The notes under the pieces: model-generated
Databases searched by the model: none
What the model was told of the DNA's origin: nothing
What the model saw: the letters and a program-made list of their open reading frames with translations, nothing else
Shown here: positions 28,297 through 42,292 of the stretch, piece by piece
Position numbering within the stretch: position 1 is the first letter of the stretch
How the letters are laid out: the number at the start of each line of letters is the position of its first letter
Made by a program: the position numbers and the translations under genes
NCBI RefSeq assembly: GCF_009914755.1
Contig: NC_060926.1
Length of the DNA: 64,000 nt
DNA from: the human T2T-CHM13v2.0 reference genome, Homo sapiens
Strand: one strand, 5' to 3'

Positions 28297-28715
28297 CTTT
28301 TTTTTTTTTTAATTTTAAAAAATATTTTTAAATTAATTACTTTTAATTGACAAAGATTATATGTATATTTATTATGCTTATGTTGTTTTGAAATATGTAT
28401 ACACTTTAGAATGGCTAAATTGAGCTAATTCACATATGCATTACCTCACACACACATCATTCTTTGTAGTGAGAACACTTAAAACGTACTCTCCGCAATT
28501 TTCAAAAATTGGCACAAATACTACATGATCTCACTTGTATGTGGAATCTAAAAACATTTAACTCATAAAAATAGAGAGCAGAATGTTGGTTACTAGGAGC
28601 TGGTTGAGCTGTTGCGGAGTTGTCAGAGGTTACACAATTCCAGTTACACAGGAGGAATAAGTTCAAGAGACCTATTGTACAATATGGTGATGGTGACTGT
28701 AGTTAACAACAATGT
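28297..28715 (-). mobile_element. Short L1MA 3' end with 5' inversion
   Basis: Poly(T) plus antisense L1MA 3' terminus (28297-28508), followed by the sense-oriented upstream segment (28511-28715). Confidence 0.82.
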
Positions 28716-29039
28716 GGATCTTTAGTAACTAAACTAAACTAAACTAAAGACCGTTTAGTGAGTGCTCGTTATATTTTCACAGTGATCGTATGAATTAGGT
28801 TCTTTTGCTATCTTCATACAAATCAGGAGGAATCAAACACCTAAAACATTTTGGCAACCTGACCAAAGTCACACAGCAAGTTGCTGAGAACAAGGACGAA
28901 ATCATTGTCCTTTCCCTTAAACATAACACACACTAACTTTGAAAGGGAAATTGGAAAAGATGTGCATTGAAATTGGGAAATCTTTTTGCTCCCTCCTCAC
29001 TTCGTTCACTTAGAAGCAGTTAAAAGGACAGACCATGAA

Positions 29040-29180
29040 GTCAGACATCTGGGCTTGAAAGCGATCTCAGAAAATTTGTGTAAGGCACTTTAAACTCGCT
29101 AATGGCTAATTTATGAAATGGCCGGCTAGCAGTCCCTATATTATAGTGTTAAAATGACTAAATGAGATAATGCCATCTGA
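29040..29180 (+). mobile_element. MIR relic
   Basis: gaagtcagacatctgggcttgaa...gactaaatgagataatgc. Confidence 0.5.
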
Positions 29181-29184
29181 CGCT

Positions 29185-29300
29185 CCCCTCCACCTCACCA
29201 CCCTATTCTCTGGAAACCACTATTCTACTCACTGCTTCTATGAGATCAACTTTTTTAGATTCCACATATTTATATGTCTTTCTGTGCCCAGCTTATTTTC
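29185..29300 (-). mobile_element. L1MA fragment
   Basis: ctctggaaaccactattctactcactgcttctatgagatcaacttttttagattccacatat. Confidence 0.75.
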
Positions 29301-29390
29301 TTCTTGAAATGCTTTCTTGACTTGGTAACATGATACCGTATTCTTTTTTTTCTCCATTCTAAATATTCCTGTTTTTTGCGATTTTTGATT

Positions 29391-29468
29391 TTTGCTCTAT
29401 TGCCTACAGCTGAGTAATTGGCTCTACAATTTGCTCTAATGACTACAGCTGAGTAATTGGCCCTACAA
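29391..29468. repeat. Tandem duplication, 2 x 39 bp (3 mismatches)
   Basis: tttgctctattgcctacagctgagtaattggctctacaa / tttgctctaatgactacagctgagtaattggccctacaa. Confidence 0.9.
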
Positions 29469-29974
29469 TTCACTCAGGTTCCAACACTCAGAACTGTCAT
29501 TGATTTCTTTATTTCTCTTTCATCTCACAGCTCATATATCAGCTCGTGTAAGTGGTTTATAGCTCAAAAAACCTTCTACCACCTCTATAACACGGTCTGA
29601 GTTCAATACCCAAAGTATTTACCTGGATAACCAAGGGAGGATGCTGACAAGTCTCCTTGCTTCTTCTCTTGCTCTATTTCTCCACAGATTAGTCTCATGA
29701 TGATATAGAGCAGCCAGAGAGGGACTTCAAAAATATAACAGATCATGCCATTTCTCTGCCAGAAATTCGGTGAATTATGTACTCCTCCGGGCTAGATATG
29801 ATCTAGCCCTGAATAGGTGCTCAAGTTCGGCAGCCTCTTTAATCTCTTTGCTCTCTCCTCTTAACACACTGTCTTTCTTCCTGATCCTAGAACACAGCAA
29901 ATAAAATCCTGCCTCTGGGACTTTTTATCTTCCTGTTTACCCAACCCCTATTTCCTGAATACCCAACCCCTATC

Positions 29975-30253
29975 TGTTGTTGCAGAGCCCATGAAATAAA
30001 AATGATATTAACATTTTGTAACGATTGGAGAAAATCAAAAGAATAGTATTTCCTGACATGTGAAAATTATACAAAATTCAAACTTCAGCGTCTATAAGTA
30101 AAATTTTGTTTGCTCATTTGTTTACATATTTTCCGTGCTACTTTTGCACTACAGCAGCAGAGATAAGTAATTGCAACAGCGACTATATGGTTCACAAAGT
30201 CTAAATATTTACTATGTGGATATTTATAGAAAAATATTGCTGGTTGCATGGTC
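29975..30253. mobile_element. MER58B/C-like hAT-Charlie element
   Basis: gaaaatcaaaagaatagtatttcctgacatgtgaaaattatac...gctcatttgtttacatatt...ctaaatatttactatgtgg. Confidence 0.75.
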
Positions 30254-30256
30254 TAG

Positions 30257-30436
30257 AAGAGTTCTCAAAGTGTGGTTGCTGCCATCAGCATCACCTGGAA
30301 GCTTGTTAAAGATGCTAATTCTTGGGTCCCTCTGAATACCTGCTAAATCAGAAGTGCTGGGGTAAGGCCCAGCAATTGCACCTTGTTAAAACCTCCAAGG
30401 GATTCTTATGCAGACTAACATTTGAGAATCAATGTT
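30257..30436. mobile_element. MER5A
   Basis: gttctcaaagtgtgg...catcagcatcacctggaagcttgttaaagatgctaattcttgggtccc...tttgagaatcaatg. Confidence 0.85.
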
Positions 30437-31270
30437 ATAGAATACTTAAATGGTTAATCTCTTACCATGCAGGTAATCCAACTCCTTGGTGAACTATTTC
30501 TTGACTATGCTATTTAAAATTGCATCCCTGTTTTCTTTTTTCTCTGCTCTTCATTTTCCTTCATATCATAAATCACTATGTAACATTACGGTAAATATAA
30601 TTTTCCTTATTTTATTTTCTTCTTATCCTCTCTAGAATATAAGCCATAGACTTTATCTTGTTCACTATTGAATTCCTAGCACATAGAACAGTTCCTGACA
30701 GATAAGAGGTGCTAAATTTTGTTAACAAATAAGTGGATGAATAAATATTTAAATATTGTATTTTTAAAATTAATGTTACTTCAAATAGCTACCGCCAGCC
30801 CTAAGTGTAATAATTTGCCTTCTTCTATTTTGCCATAGGAGTAAAAGGAAAATCATCTTTCTAGTTTCTGACTTTGTAAATAAATTATATATTTTTGTAT
30901 TCAGAAGCAGCCCAGGTCTATCTTCAAAGACTTACAAAAGTCTGTAACTTGTATCTTCTACGATTAGATGTAGAATTCAAGAATTTGAGCTATAATGCTA
31001 GAATATAACCAAAATGCTCACAGGCTGAGAATCTCTGGTGGATTTCATTATTTTGTTAAGTGTTTGAAAGAACGACTATTTTAGAACGCTTAGGCAATGC
31101 TTTAGGATTGCTTATAAAGAGATTACTTAAACATTTTCTTTGTACATATAAATATATTGTACATAGGTGTGCATAAAATGAGATAATTTTAATCATATGA
31201 TAATTCTAAATAAAAATATTATGCATTTCACCAAAATCATCTGTTGATCAGGAATTGACTCTAAATTCTT

Positions 31271-31577
31271 TAATTTTTATTCTAAAAATGTATGAGACAG
31301 GGTCTCGCTATGTCACCCAGGCTGGAGTGCAGTGATGTGATTATAGGTTCCTGCAGCTTCAAACTCCTGGGCTCAAAAGATCCTTCCACATCAGCCTCCT
31401 GAGGGGCTAGTAATACAGGTGTGTGCCACCATACCTGATTGGTTTTTGAAAATTTTTTGTAGAGATGGGGGTTTCATTATGTTGCCCAGGTTGGTCTCAA
31501 ACTGCTGGGCTTAAGCAATTTTCTTACCTCAGCCTTCCAAAGAGCTAGGATTACAGTTATTAGCCACTGCTCCTGGA
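31271..31577 (-). mobile_element. AluJ
   Basis: gagacagggtctcgctatgtcacccaggctggagtgcagtg...ctcctgggctcaa; TSD tgactctaaattctt / tgactcaaaattctt. Confidence 0.93.
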
Positions 31578-31949
31578 TGACTCAAAATTCTTATCTTCCT
31601 AAACCAACTTTCCAGTCAAGCATTACTGCTTTCAGCTGTCATGCACACTGGCATTGAACATCAGGATCTAGTAATGTTGACTTGTACATAGTTATTTCTG
31701 TCCTCATTCAGTGTTACCTGAATGTTTTCTTTCATCCATTCTGGATCATAATCTAGTCTTTGTTCTCTTGGCTATCAAAGTTGTTCCTTTACGTTTTTTT
31801 GTTTTTCACTTCTTACTCTGTTTTCACATATATTCACAGCTGGGCAATGACTTTATCTCACCTTACATGACCCTGCTTGATTCAGATCCCCCATCCTCAG
31901 CCCCTCAATTACTACGTGATCTTGGTCACCCTTGGTTAACATTTCATTT

Positions 31950-32600
31950 TCAATTTACATCCCGAAACTAGAATTTTCTAAAATTCTTGCTTTACTCCAT
32001 TCATGGATATCTATACTTGAAAATCTGCCATGGTATGGCTCTGCATTATGGTGGTAGATAAGAAAAACTCAGACCTTTCTCTCATAAAGATGTGTACATT
32101 TCTATTTCCCACTATCTTTATTGTGATTAACATCATTTTTTAAGATTCCTGTATTTTCATGTTTTATCTCTGTTAAACTATTCTCAACAATGAACCATAA
32201 AAATTCTTCTGAAATACAAACCTAATTATGCCATTTTTGTGCTGAAAACCTCCTAAAAAAATGTCTCCCAGTTAACATCAGGTAAAATGTAAAGTACCTA
32301 ATCTGACTGGGAAAAAAACTCTTAATAATCAATTTGCCTTCCTATACTGACTTTTTAATACCTATTTTTTCCCACTGCCATCACCCGCACCCCCAGAAAA
32401 ATCCAAAATATTTCAGTGCCATTTGGTTTCAGGGCTCCAATCCTACTGAACAAATTTTATGTCATGTCTTTTTCATATGATGGAAACTTCTTTGAGGCCA
32501 GGAGCTATTCATTATTTTAGTTGTATTTCCAGGACTTAGTACAGTACTTGAAGTGAAGTAGGTGCTTAATAGTTGAATAAAGAGGGAATGAATGAAAGAT
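31950..32600 (+). mobile_element. L2 relic
   Basis: aaatacaaacctaattatgcc...aacttctttgaggccagg...ttagtacagtacttgaagtgaagtaggtgcttaata. Confidence 0.55.
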
Positions 32601-34519
32601 AAATGAGAAGTAAAGAAAATTGAGAACCTTAAATATATATAATATGTATATAAACATATATTTAAAAATAAGTTCACCATCAAATATATTGATTTTTTAT
32701 TTCTTCATCTCCTGTTCTACTGAATAAATATTTAATGAATGTTTTCTAACTTCTCAGCATTGGGGCTGTGATGTGGCAGGTCTTAGCTAATTGAGGTGGG
32801 TCTTAGAAAACTCCTCCTTTGAAACCTTGCTCTATATCCACTCTTGGATTTGTGTCACATTTTGATACCATTGTCTTAGAATTTAATCTGACCCTAGCCC
32901 CGACTCTACCCTGTAATGGCCAATACTAAATATGACTAATTGTTGGTTTGGGTTTTCTTAATAGGCCATTATGTCTTTATTCCCCCACTTAAATGAGAAA
33001 TATATATATATATATTTTAGGAAAGGCGATTTCATTGAGAGGCTTTTCTTTTTTATTCACTAAATGGAAGAAAAATATATATGACCATTTAAAGAATCAT
33101 TTAAAAATTTTAAATGTCTCATAAATACAATAAAATGTACTTTATTATTCTAGTTTTAAATAATCCATCTTGACATTTAACACAACTACTTTCGAGTCAT
33201 AACTTGTCTTGCCTGGATAAATATGACAATATCATTTCTACTGTAGTTCATTCTTTCATATACAAGAGTAATCCTTAGATTAGTTCTTATTACAGGAATA
33301 CCAAAGACTATATTCCAGTTTCTAATTTAGCAAGTCACTCCAGTTTATAATATAGTCACCTAACTAATTTATAGAATAAAAAGAAAATTTGCAATTATTG
33401 TAATTGTATCCTAGGGAAAAAGCACACTCTTCTGTTGTCACTATCTCTAATTTTCCCATCATCTTTTTTTCTTCAGCTGGCTACTACAAAATGCAGTACA
33501 GACAGAGTTTCATTCAATTTGATGTCTCAGCATTTTACTATAGTAATTTTGTGATCTTTAATTTTTTTAATATTAAGTCTTTCTCTGTTGGGCACTACAT
33601 TTCAGAAAATGACACACTTAAATCTTTCAAGAACAAGAAAAGACATTTGCCTTTATGCAAACTTAAAGTGGCAAAAGAGGCCCGTAGAAGGACAGGAAAA
33701 TGCTGGGATAATTTTGTGGCTAGATATACTGGATATACAGTGGCTTAACATATACATCATAATTATAGTTTGACCTCTCACTACCTTAGCTTACTGAAGT
33801 AACAAGTGGAATCAAGATATTTGAAGTTTCTTTCAATATCATCATAACCCTTGAATTTCTATGAAAAAAAGTGTTAAGCCATAGCCAGATTCAGTTAACT
33901 CAACACATTATTTGATCCGCCTATATCACAGGAGTGGTGGGAAAGCTAATTAAAAATGGCCACAGGGAACTTCTAAATACAGTAGGTAGCTGCATAGAGT
34001 AAAAGTTTTTTTAAAAAATAGCATTTAGTTAAGCAACAGGAATTATTGGGCATCTGTAATTTAATGTTTCTAATGTTTTTCATGAACTCCCCCTTTCCTC
34101 CTTTTTAAATCATTGAACTTTCACATTATAGGTAAATGTGATAGTCATTTTTTAAGATAAATTTATAAACTTATTAAACAATCAGCAATCAGTTTTACTA
34201 AATAGCAAGTGTAAGCCATGATTTAAATTACTCTTATAATGTAATTTTAAAAGTCTAATATGAAAAAAAGTCAGCTTCCACAGATGTTTGAGTTGAAAGC
34301 TTCCACTTATCAGTCTCACTCTAATTGCAACCAAATTAATACTATTCATTTTGATTTATGGGCAAAATACTAATTTTGACTTGGCTGCCCTTCTGGGAAT
34401 TACACAAAGCCCAGCAGTAGTGTTACTTTTTCACCAACCAAAACTGAAGTGGGGGTGGAGGTCACCCCAGAACATGGTAGAGGCAAGACATATCCAGGAA
34501 CTAGCCCACTGCTTACCAT

Positions 34520-35180
34520 CCTAACCCTTTAAAACCTGATTTCTGTTTTATGGAACAACATGCACTTTCTTGAATGTGATATACCTCTCAGACTTTGAAA
34601 GTTAGCATAAAACAAGGAGAAGCTTCTTTCTTTTTCTAAGCTGTTCCTCTTCCCCAATGTCACTTCCTGCATTTTTTTGCCTCTCACACTTTACCTAGCT
34701 AACATCTATTTGTGTTTGATATTTGGTTCAAAGATCACTTTCCAGTTATCCTCTTCTAATCATCTGCAATGAATTTAGTAAAAGAACTACTCCTGAAACA
34801 AAAAAAGTGTTGACGACAGCTATAATTGATAAGTGATCTTAAAGGGAAACTTGAGAGCTAAGAATCAGGTCTCAAGTCCAGCCATCGCATGTCTGTTTTT
34901 AGTGTTGAATACCTTGGATTATCTCTGATTCTCTGTACTGAGAAAGGTGGCTGTGTCCTTATACTCTTCTCATTCAAGTAAGGTGTTTCTCTGTTGGTTT
35001 TCAAAATTTCTATTTATCTTTGCCATGTTTGTGTGTTCACATGTCTGACTCTCACACTAAACAATGAGCTTCTTAGGAACAGAACTATGTCTTGTTTATC
35101 TTTGTCCTATAATGAAGCTTAACACTTGGTCCATCTCCAGGAGACATTATATAAAGAAGTGAAAGAGTAAATTAATGAAC
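34520..35180 (+). mobile_element. L2 relic
   Basis: tgagcttcttaggaacagaactatgtcttgtttatctttgt and an upstream L2-like pyrimidine tract. Confidence 0.5.
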
Positions 35181-35452
35181 AAAATCCCCATGTCAAACCA
35201 ATATCCTCAGTCATGTTTTCATAGACTGATATTTTCTATAGTGTCCTGTCTTCTTTCAGTGGTGGTAGTGGGCTGGGGGAGGAGAGTGGCAGATGACAAA
35301 ACAGGAAAATGAGAAAAAAAGATATACCTGAAAGCTGTTGACTAGAGTCTGGACAAATAATCAAATTGACACAATTTATTAATCAACTATGAAAGTAACC
35401 AACCAATTAACGTGTAATAGACTCTATAACAGGGACTCTTACATGCATTATC

Positions 35453-35730
35453 TATTATTATTATTATTAGAGACAGGGTCTCATTCTGTTGCCCAGGCTG
35501 GAATGCAGTGATGTGATCATGGCTTACTGCAGCCTCTAACTCCTGGGCTCCAGTGATCCTCCTACCTCAACCTCGTGAATAGGTGACCCCACTAATTTTT
35601 TGTTTTCCTTTTTTAGAGACAAGGTCTCACTATGTTGCTCAGGCTGGTCTTGAACGCCTGGGTTCAAGTTATCCTCCAACTTCGGCTTCCCAAAGTGCAC
35701 GATTATGGGTGTGAGCCACCGCACCCAGTC
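35453..35730 (-). mobile_element. AluJ with (TTA)n tail
   Basis: gagacagggtctcattctgttgcccaggctgg...gtgagccaccgcacccag. Confidence 0.93.
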
Positions 35731-36699
35731 TGACATGCTCTCTCTTGGTAATATTAAAGTTAGTGGAATGAAAATCATTTTATATTATAACAGTAATATA
35801 GGTGTTACTATTATCATTGATAGTCACACACAACTTTGCACAGTGCATAGATTGAACTTAAATATGTTCCTTTAGTGTGATGAGAGATTACCTTCATTTA
35901 ATATAAAGAGCTGAAGTAGAAAACATTTCTTTTCCTGCTCTAAATTTTCAAATAACAAGAAAATACTGGAATACAGTAATCTTGTACCTTAAACAAATAT
36001 GACCACAAAAAAATACGTCTTTCCATCCTAGTGGGAAATAACTGGGGAAGTATACTGCCCAGTGCCCAGGGAGAATTTAATTCTCTTTCAGGAGGCTGCT
36101 GATGCATATGCTACAAAGTTAACTACTGTAAAGTTGGTCAATAAAGCCAATGTTTTAAATAGATAATTTCTAATTGTAAGGGAATAATTTATTCCTTACG
36201 ACGAGATTATCGAACTCACTTATAATTAGAAGTAAATCCTTTCAAGGAAACCTTACAAAGAATTGGTATCTGCCCATTTGCTTTCTGGTATCCATAAGGT
36301 CAGATGAATTCACACATATATGCTGATCTTCCATGTGCTCATTTGAAAACAATTTGAAAAAGGGACAAGTGAAATAATATTTGATTAGAAGAAAACAAAA
36401 CTTATATAATCCAAGTAAATTTACCTTTATATTATTTTCAGAATGTGCCCTGAAATATTTTTATATGTATGAGATGTAATATTACTGCATTAAAATTTTG
36501 AGAGCTGCTGATTCCAGATTGACAAATACTCTGGGGAGTAAAGCTTTACTTTTGAAAAAAAGAACATCTAGTTTTGAGCGCAGGTTTTGTTATGTTTAAT
36601 TTGGGGCTTATTTTTAGTTTATATTTTTGGGGTTTTTTTGTTTGTTTTGGCAGTTGAAGGTCAATGGTAAATCTTGACAGAAAAAGCTATGGTAAATAG

Positions 36700-36900
36700 T
36701 ATACATACATAATATGATATATTTGTATACATAATATAATATATAATATAATATATGATATATTATTATATAATATATATTATATAATTATATATAATAA
36801 TTATATAATATTTAATATAATATATGATATATATAATATATCATATATTATATTATATATTATATATTATATTCTATTATATTATGATATTATATATATG
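36700..36900. repeat. AT-rich low-complexity (TA/TAATA)n tract
   Basis: About 200 bp almost entirely A/T. Confidence 0.9.
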
Positions 36901-37739
36901 CATTTGAAAGACTTCAAGGAGCTCCACCTACCAGTCTCAGGGCTATGTCAATGTCTCCAACTGTCTGTTAACAGTCTTGCTCAGGTCATGTTTGAACTTT
37001 TTCTCTTTGATCTGAGTGTAGCTTTTGAAGAAATAGTGATTATCAAATAACCTGGCAACAGAGGAAACAAATCACAAATGCCTAATCATTTGTTTCTTTG
37101 ATTCAAACCAATAACCTGTCTTCTTAACCTTGATATTTTTTAGAAGGAAATTTGCAAATCAAAGTCTATAGTCACACACATACAGGAATCTCTATCTCCA
37201 CATTCAGAAAATATAACCAGTCTTATAAGAAAATATTAACTCTTCAATATTTTCCATTTTAAAAATCAGTTTTTGGCACAGATACTTTCCATTCCTATCC
37301 TTTAATCCTGCCCCCCAGGGGGAGTGCTTTTTCCTGTTTACGTTTGTTTTTTAAGTGTGTGGCCTCTGCCATATTCGTGACATCCTGCCATGGTGCTCCC
37401 AACTCCATGGTTTTGTAATCTTTGCTTTCATATCTGCTATCTAATTTAGTAATTCTTTCTTAATAGCTCAATATTTATCATGGTTTAAGATATTTATCTA
37501 GACATAATTTTTAGAGACAAAAGTGAATTTTGAATCAGGTCATAAATCCCAATTTAAAATAAGTCATTAAAAGACGCTGCTTCTAATTAGGACTTTCACC
37601 TATCTGTTAAGTGTAGAATTTAACTCCTTAAGAAATATAAAATCAGTTCTTAACTTGTGGAAATTCTGTTCACAAATAATTTTCATTGTGTGTTTTCTCA
37701 TAAACATTAGTAATTACAGCAACTGGACCACTGACTGCT

Positions 37740-37995
37740 ATGTTCATCCACATTACCAGTTAGCTCTGCAAGCCTCTGAATCCCCCCAGGAAGGATAGGT
37801 GCTTCTCCTCTGTCAAGCTCTGATTCCCCATTGTGGCCCTTGTGCTCTGTATTATAATTGTCTGTTTACTTCTCTGTATCCCCATTAGACTAAATTTTAT
37901 CAAAAGAAGAAATTATGCCTGTATTCAATCCCCCGGTGTCTAATACAGGTATTATAATATCTGTTTCATAAATGTGTTTCAAATTATAAATGAAT
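37740..37995 (+). mobile_element. L2 3' relic
   Basis: tattataattgtctgtttacttctctgtatccccattagact... Confidence 0.55.
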
Positions 37996-38362
37996 ATCAA
38001 TTAAACAGTCAAAAGAATGTGTCATAAATCACATATACATGTTCTACTATCTGCTAAGACTGATACTTTGCACTTATTGAGACTATATCATAATTCAGCC
38101 AACTACTGTAGGGAAAAATATTGCCGTTTTCATCCCATTATGCAAGTAACATTCTTCCACTGAAAGTGTGTGTGTGTCTTTTAATGAACATTGAATCCTG
38201 CTAAATGCGATTTTCATCACGATAGTTAATGAGAGAAAGAAAATCTAGATAACAATAGTTTTTCTCCACAGGATTAATATTATAACTAAATATAATAATA
38301 TGTGTAAGAGTGTCTGATATACAACATCGTTTATTCAGTTGGAAGTCTTTTTTGTTTGTCTT

Positions 38363-38674
38363 TGTCTTAATCCATCTGTGCTGCTCTAACAGAATACCTG
38401 AGTTTGGGTAAAGTGTACAGAACGGAATTCTATTTTCTTACGGTTCTAGAGGGTGGAAATTCCAACACCAAGTCAGCAGCATCTTGTGAGGGCCTTCTTT
38501 ATGTGTCCTCACATGGCAGAAATCAGAAGGACAAGCTAGGTGAACCCTTCATTAAGCCTCTTTACTATAGCCTTAATCCCATTCACAAGGGAAGAGCCTT
38601 CATGGCCTAGTCACCTCTTAATGTCCCCATCTTTTAATACTGAATTTTGATGGGGATGTTTTCAAACTATAGCA
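38363..38674 (-). mobile_element. MSTC/MSTD-like MaLR solo LTR
   Basis: tgtcttaatccatctgtgctgctctaacagaatacctgag...ttcaaactatagca; 5-bp TSD gtctt/gcctt. Confidence 0.85.
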
Positions 38675-39844
38675 GCCTTTTAGTAGGTTCAATAATTGTT
38701 CTTGTTTCTCTGTGTGTGTTTGTTTCACTTTAAGACTTTTTTTCTTTTGAAGTACAAATAACTGGCTAAGTTTCTTTAATAAGAAATATCATTTCTTCAA
38801 CCTTTACTCTTCTAGAAAATATACCATGACATTCACTTACCAAGGTGTTTGTTAAGTAAAAGAGTTTATTTTTAGTTTTACTGGCCTTAAGTTGAAACTG
38901 GGGTTGACTGAAGGAGTTTAAGGAGCAATGCTAATCAACCCAGAATAGAAAATAAGAAGTATTTGCAACCTTCTCGTGAAGCTCTTCTCCTGTGGTGGCA
39001 GTTCTGCCCCCTTCTTGCCCCACTTAACATCATGATGGGGAAAGTAGAAAACATCTCCCAACAAGTAAACCTTGACCTAATTCCTGAATAGAGACAGCCC
39101 AGATTAATAAACCTGTCATCACCAAACCTTTATAGAAGTCATGATTTCACTGAGATTCTGGAAGGATGACTTTTCTTTATATATATATAATGATGTCAAT
39201 ATCATCTATATCTATATTCACATCTATATCCATATCTACATTTATCTGTATATTTGAGAAGAAAAAACAAACAAGTCTTAGAGGCTTTTAAATAAAATAT
39301 AAAGAAGAGAAATCTACAGATAAATATTTTCTAACATCAGGGCTTTATAATTCAGTAGAAAGAGAACCACCAGAAACTTTTTCATGTCAGGTGTAACTAG
39401 AGTCTGATATTGGGAAAATGGGACCAACCACATGAGTAGGGAGCCAGTTCTGTTGTGATTTTTAAGGTCTATTTTAAAGACCTCCGTGCCCTGAAATAGC
39501 TCCCACACTGGTACTTGAAACCCCTGTTAGATATCTTAAGCCCTAAAGACTTTGGTCCTCATATTTCCCTATTAAATTGAAATTGCTTTACAGGATGTAA
39601 CACCATAGGAAGCACCAGCTAACACCTGATCAGGGAATACTTTCCAATCTGGCAGACAGCTAATTAAATGAGATAGATCCTATGGGAAAGTACATTGAGG
39701 ATGGGGTGCTTATAAAGGGGAGAGGCATACTGATTGAGAAGGCAGGATGCTGAAGAAAATGTGGTCTAATTGAAATTTATCCTAGGGATACATGTATTGG
39801 AAATCAACACTATTTTCTTTTCTACTCATTCCATCGTGATTATA

Positions 39845-39990
39845 ACCAGGGATGTATATTAAAATCATCTGGTGAAGGGAGGGTTATTAAAATCACATCC
39901 TAAGCTCTAAAACTGACTGAGCACATCAGTCTCTGGAGGATAGCCTGGGTCTGCATATTTCTTTAAACCTCTCAAGGTGATTCTGTTACA
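39845..39990. mobile_element. MER5-like MITE
   Basis: attaaaatcatctgg...gcctgggtctgcatatttctttaaacctctcaaggtgattctg. Confidence 0.55.
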
Positions 39991-40469
39991 TACACAATTG
40001 CCATAAAAACCAAGCAAGTTAACTATCTTGGGCTCAATTCCATTTGCCAAACATTTGTTGGAAACTTTCTACATAGAAGGCACAATGTTCAGGTAATGTG
40101 AATGTAACAGATGGACCCAACGAGAATCTTATTTTCAAGATTATAATCTACCTGGAACAATAAATCCTGAGCATTAGAAACACAGGCATAATCTGTTAGC
40201 ATTATAAAATGCTACAAATAAAATGTAGAGGGGTAGAGTACCTTTGAAGAGAACATTCAGGAAAGGCTTCCTGGAGCACAGATTCAGGCCCCTTCTTCAT
40301 TTTCCGTACCTTCGCCTGGTCCCTCACACAAGAGTCCACTGGCAGTCTACCTTATAGCCTTAATCTTCTTTGTGTCCCTAAGCTCTGCTAAACTTTACAA
40401 CAATAAATAGTCTCAGCAAAACATGATTCAAGTCACTCTTTCTTACATCTTGCCCCAGGATAAGGATAG

Positions 40470-40900
<431 letters not shown>

Positions 40901-42292
40901 CCCAGGGTCTTGGATTTCTAACCTAGCTCTCATCTGATCAACACACCAATGTGTTCATTTAGACAATTTAAAAAAGGCAGTTTGCTTGCTCTGAAAGACA
41001 AGAATACATAAAATCTCATCTTTATCTTTGAAGAACACTTGAACTACTGTCAGTGAGACCTTGGTTTTAGGTTCTGAGGTCATGCTTTCCTCTTGCTTCT
41101 CTCACTTGATTTTAGGAATGAACTGCTGTGGCATCAGCCATGCCTCAACCCCAGTCCCCCATAAGTACAACTGTGGTCTTTACATGAGTTCTTTAAGAAT
41201 GGACCACTTGTCCCTGAATTCCACAGGCTGAGTTCTACCTTTGATTTGCATTATTCGTAAGGGCCTCCAAGACCCATCAACATGAATATCTCCTCAGTGC
41301 CAGGAATAGAATGTAGGTAAGTGGATTGAACAAGGACACTAGACATAGGTAAAAAATTTAGGGGCAGCATTTTAGTTCGCAGTACAATCAAGATTCTAGA
41401 AGGATGTCATTTGAAATAAATAAACTTATTTCTGAGCAAAGACTAGCAGATGGTGGGATAAAAGTATCCTCTCTTAATATGTTCCATTCCTAAGAGTTCC
41501 CTAAATCTCTAGCATACCACAATTGCATCTGTTCAGCCATCTAGCAAATATTCTGTATTTGCAAGCGTTTTGCAAGCAGCTACCAGTGTTTAATCTTGGG
41601 ATAATGCCTTCTTGATGTGCTAACCCCAAGAGTAATTCAAACAGCCTAAATGTGAATTACTCCTTGTAAAAAGGAAATGCGGCTGCTTGGAATCATGTCT
41701 GTCTGTAACTGAAGATATGACAACATTGAAACACACAGCCGTGTCTGTGCAATCACAGTCTGTAAGTGTAACCCTGGCCACAAGAGTATTAAGAGGGAAA
41801 GTGTGTACAAAACTAATCAGAAATTACTGTCACTAATAAAACACAATTTTCAATATTATTCCACACTTTACCAGCGAGTGAGAACTATTCTGTTGACATA
41901 TATAAAAATTAAAATAAAATAAGCAGCATGGGATGGCTGACATATTGGATAGTAAATTTAAATATCTTAATTTAACTTTCTACCATCTAATTTTTGTGAC
42001 TCAGTTTTTTTAGTAGTAAGAGGGAAAAAATAATGCTCATTCTACTCTACATCCCTGAGGTTTCAATAATACTCTCTTATCATTGTTCAGCAATTTACTA
42101 CTTAAAAAGCATTTTTGTGTACATCTTCTCTACTGAGGCTCTGAATACATTTTTGAAGTAGGAAGGAAAGACTTCTCCTTTTTTGGAGACAGCTTTCTCA
42201 ACTATAGGGGTGATTTGCTCCCATGTGCAGTTGGTTAATGGCAAGAACATTGACTCAACTATTGGTGTTTATTATTCCCAGTTCAGTACTTG

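Larger units (their letters stand above)
29470..30745 (+). mobile_element. L2 relic interrupted by MER58 and MER5A
   Basis: cagccagagagggacttcaaaaatataacagatcatgcc...; 3' end ttgttcactattgaattcctagcacatagaacagttcctgaca. Confidence 0.65.

Noticed and set aside
29391-29468. Direct repeats considered as a CRISPR-like array
   Set aside because: Only two head-to-tail copies with no spacer, in primate DNA with no cas genes
33404-33773. 114-aa ORF with an upstream acceptor-like tract
   Set aside because: No recognisable domain, non-ATG start, no matching strong donor; consistent with chance
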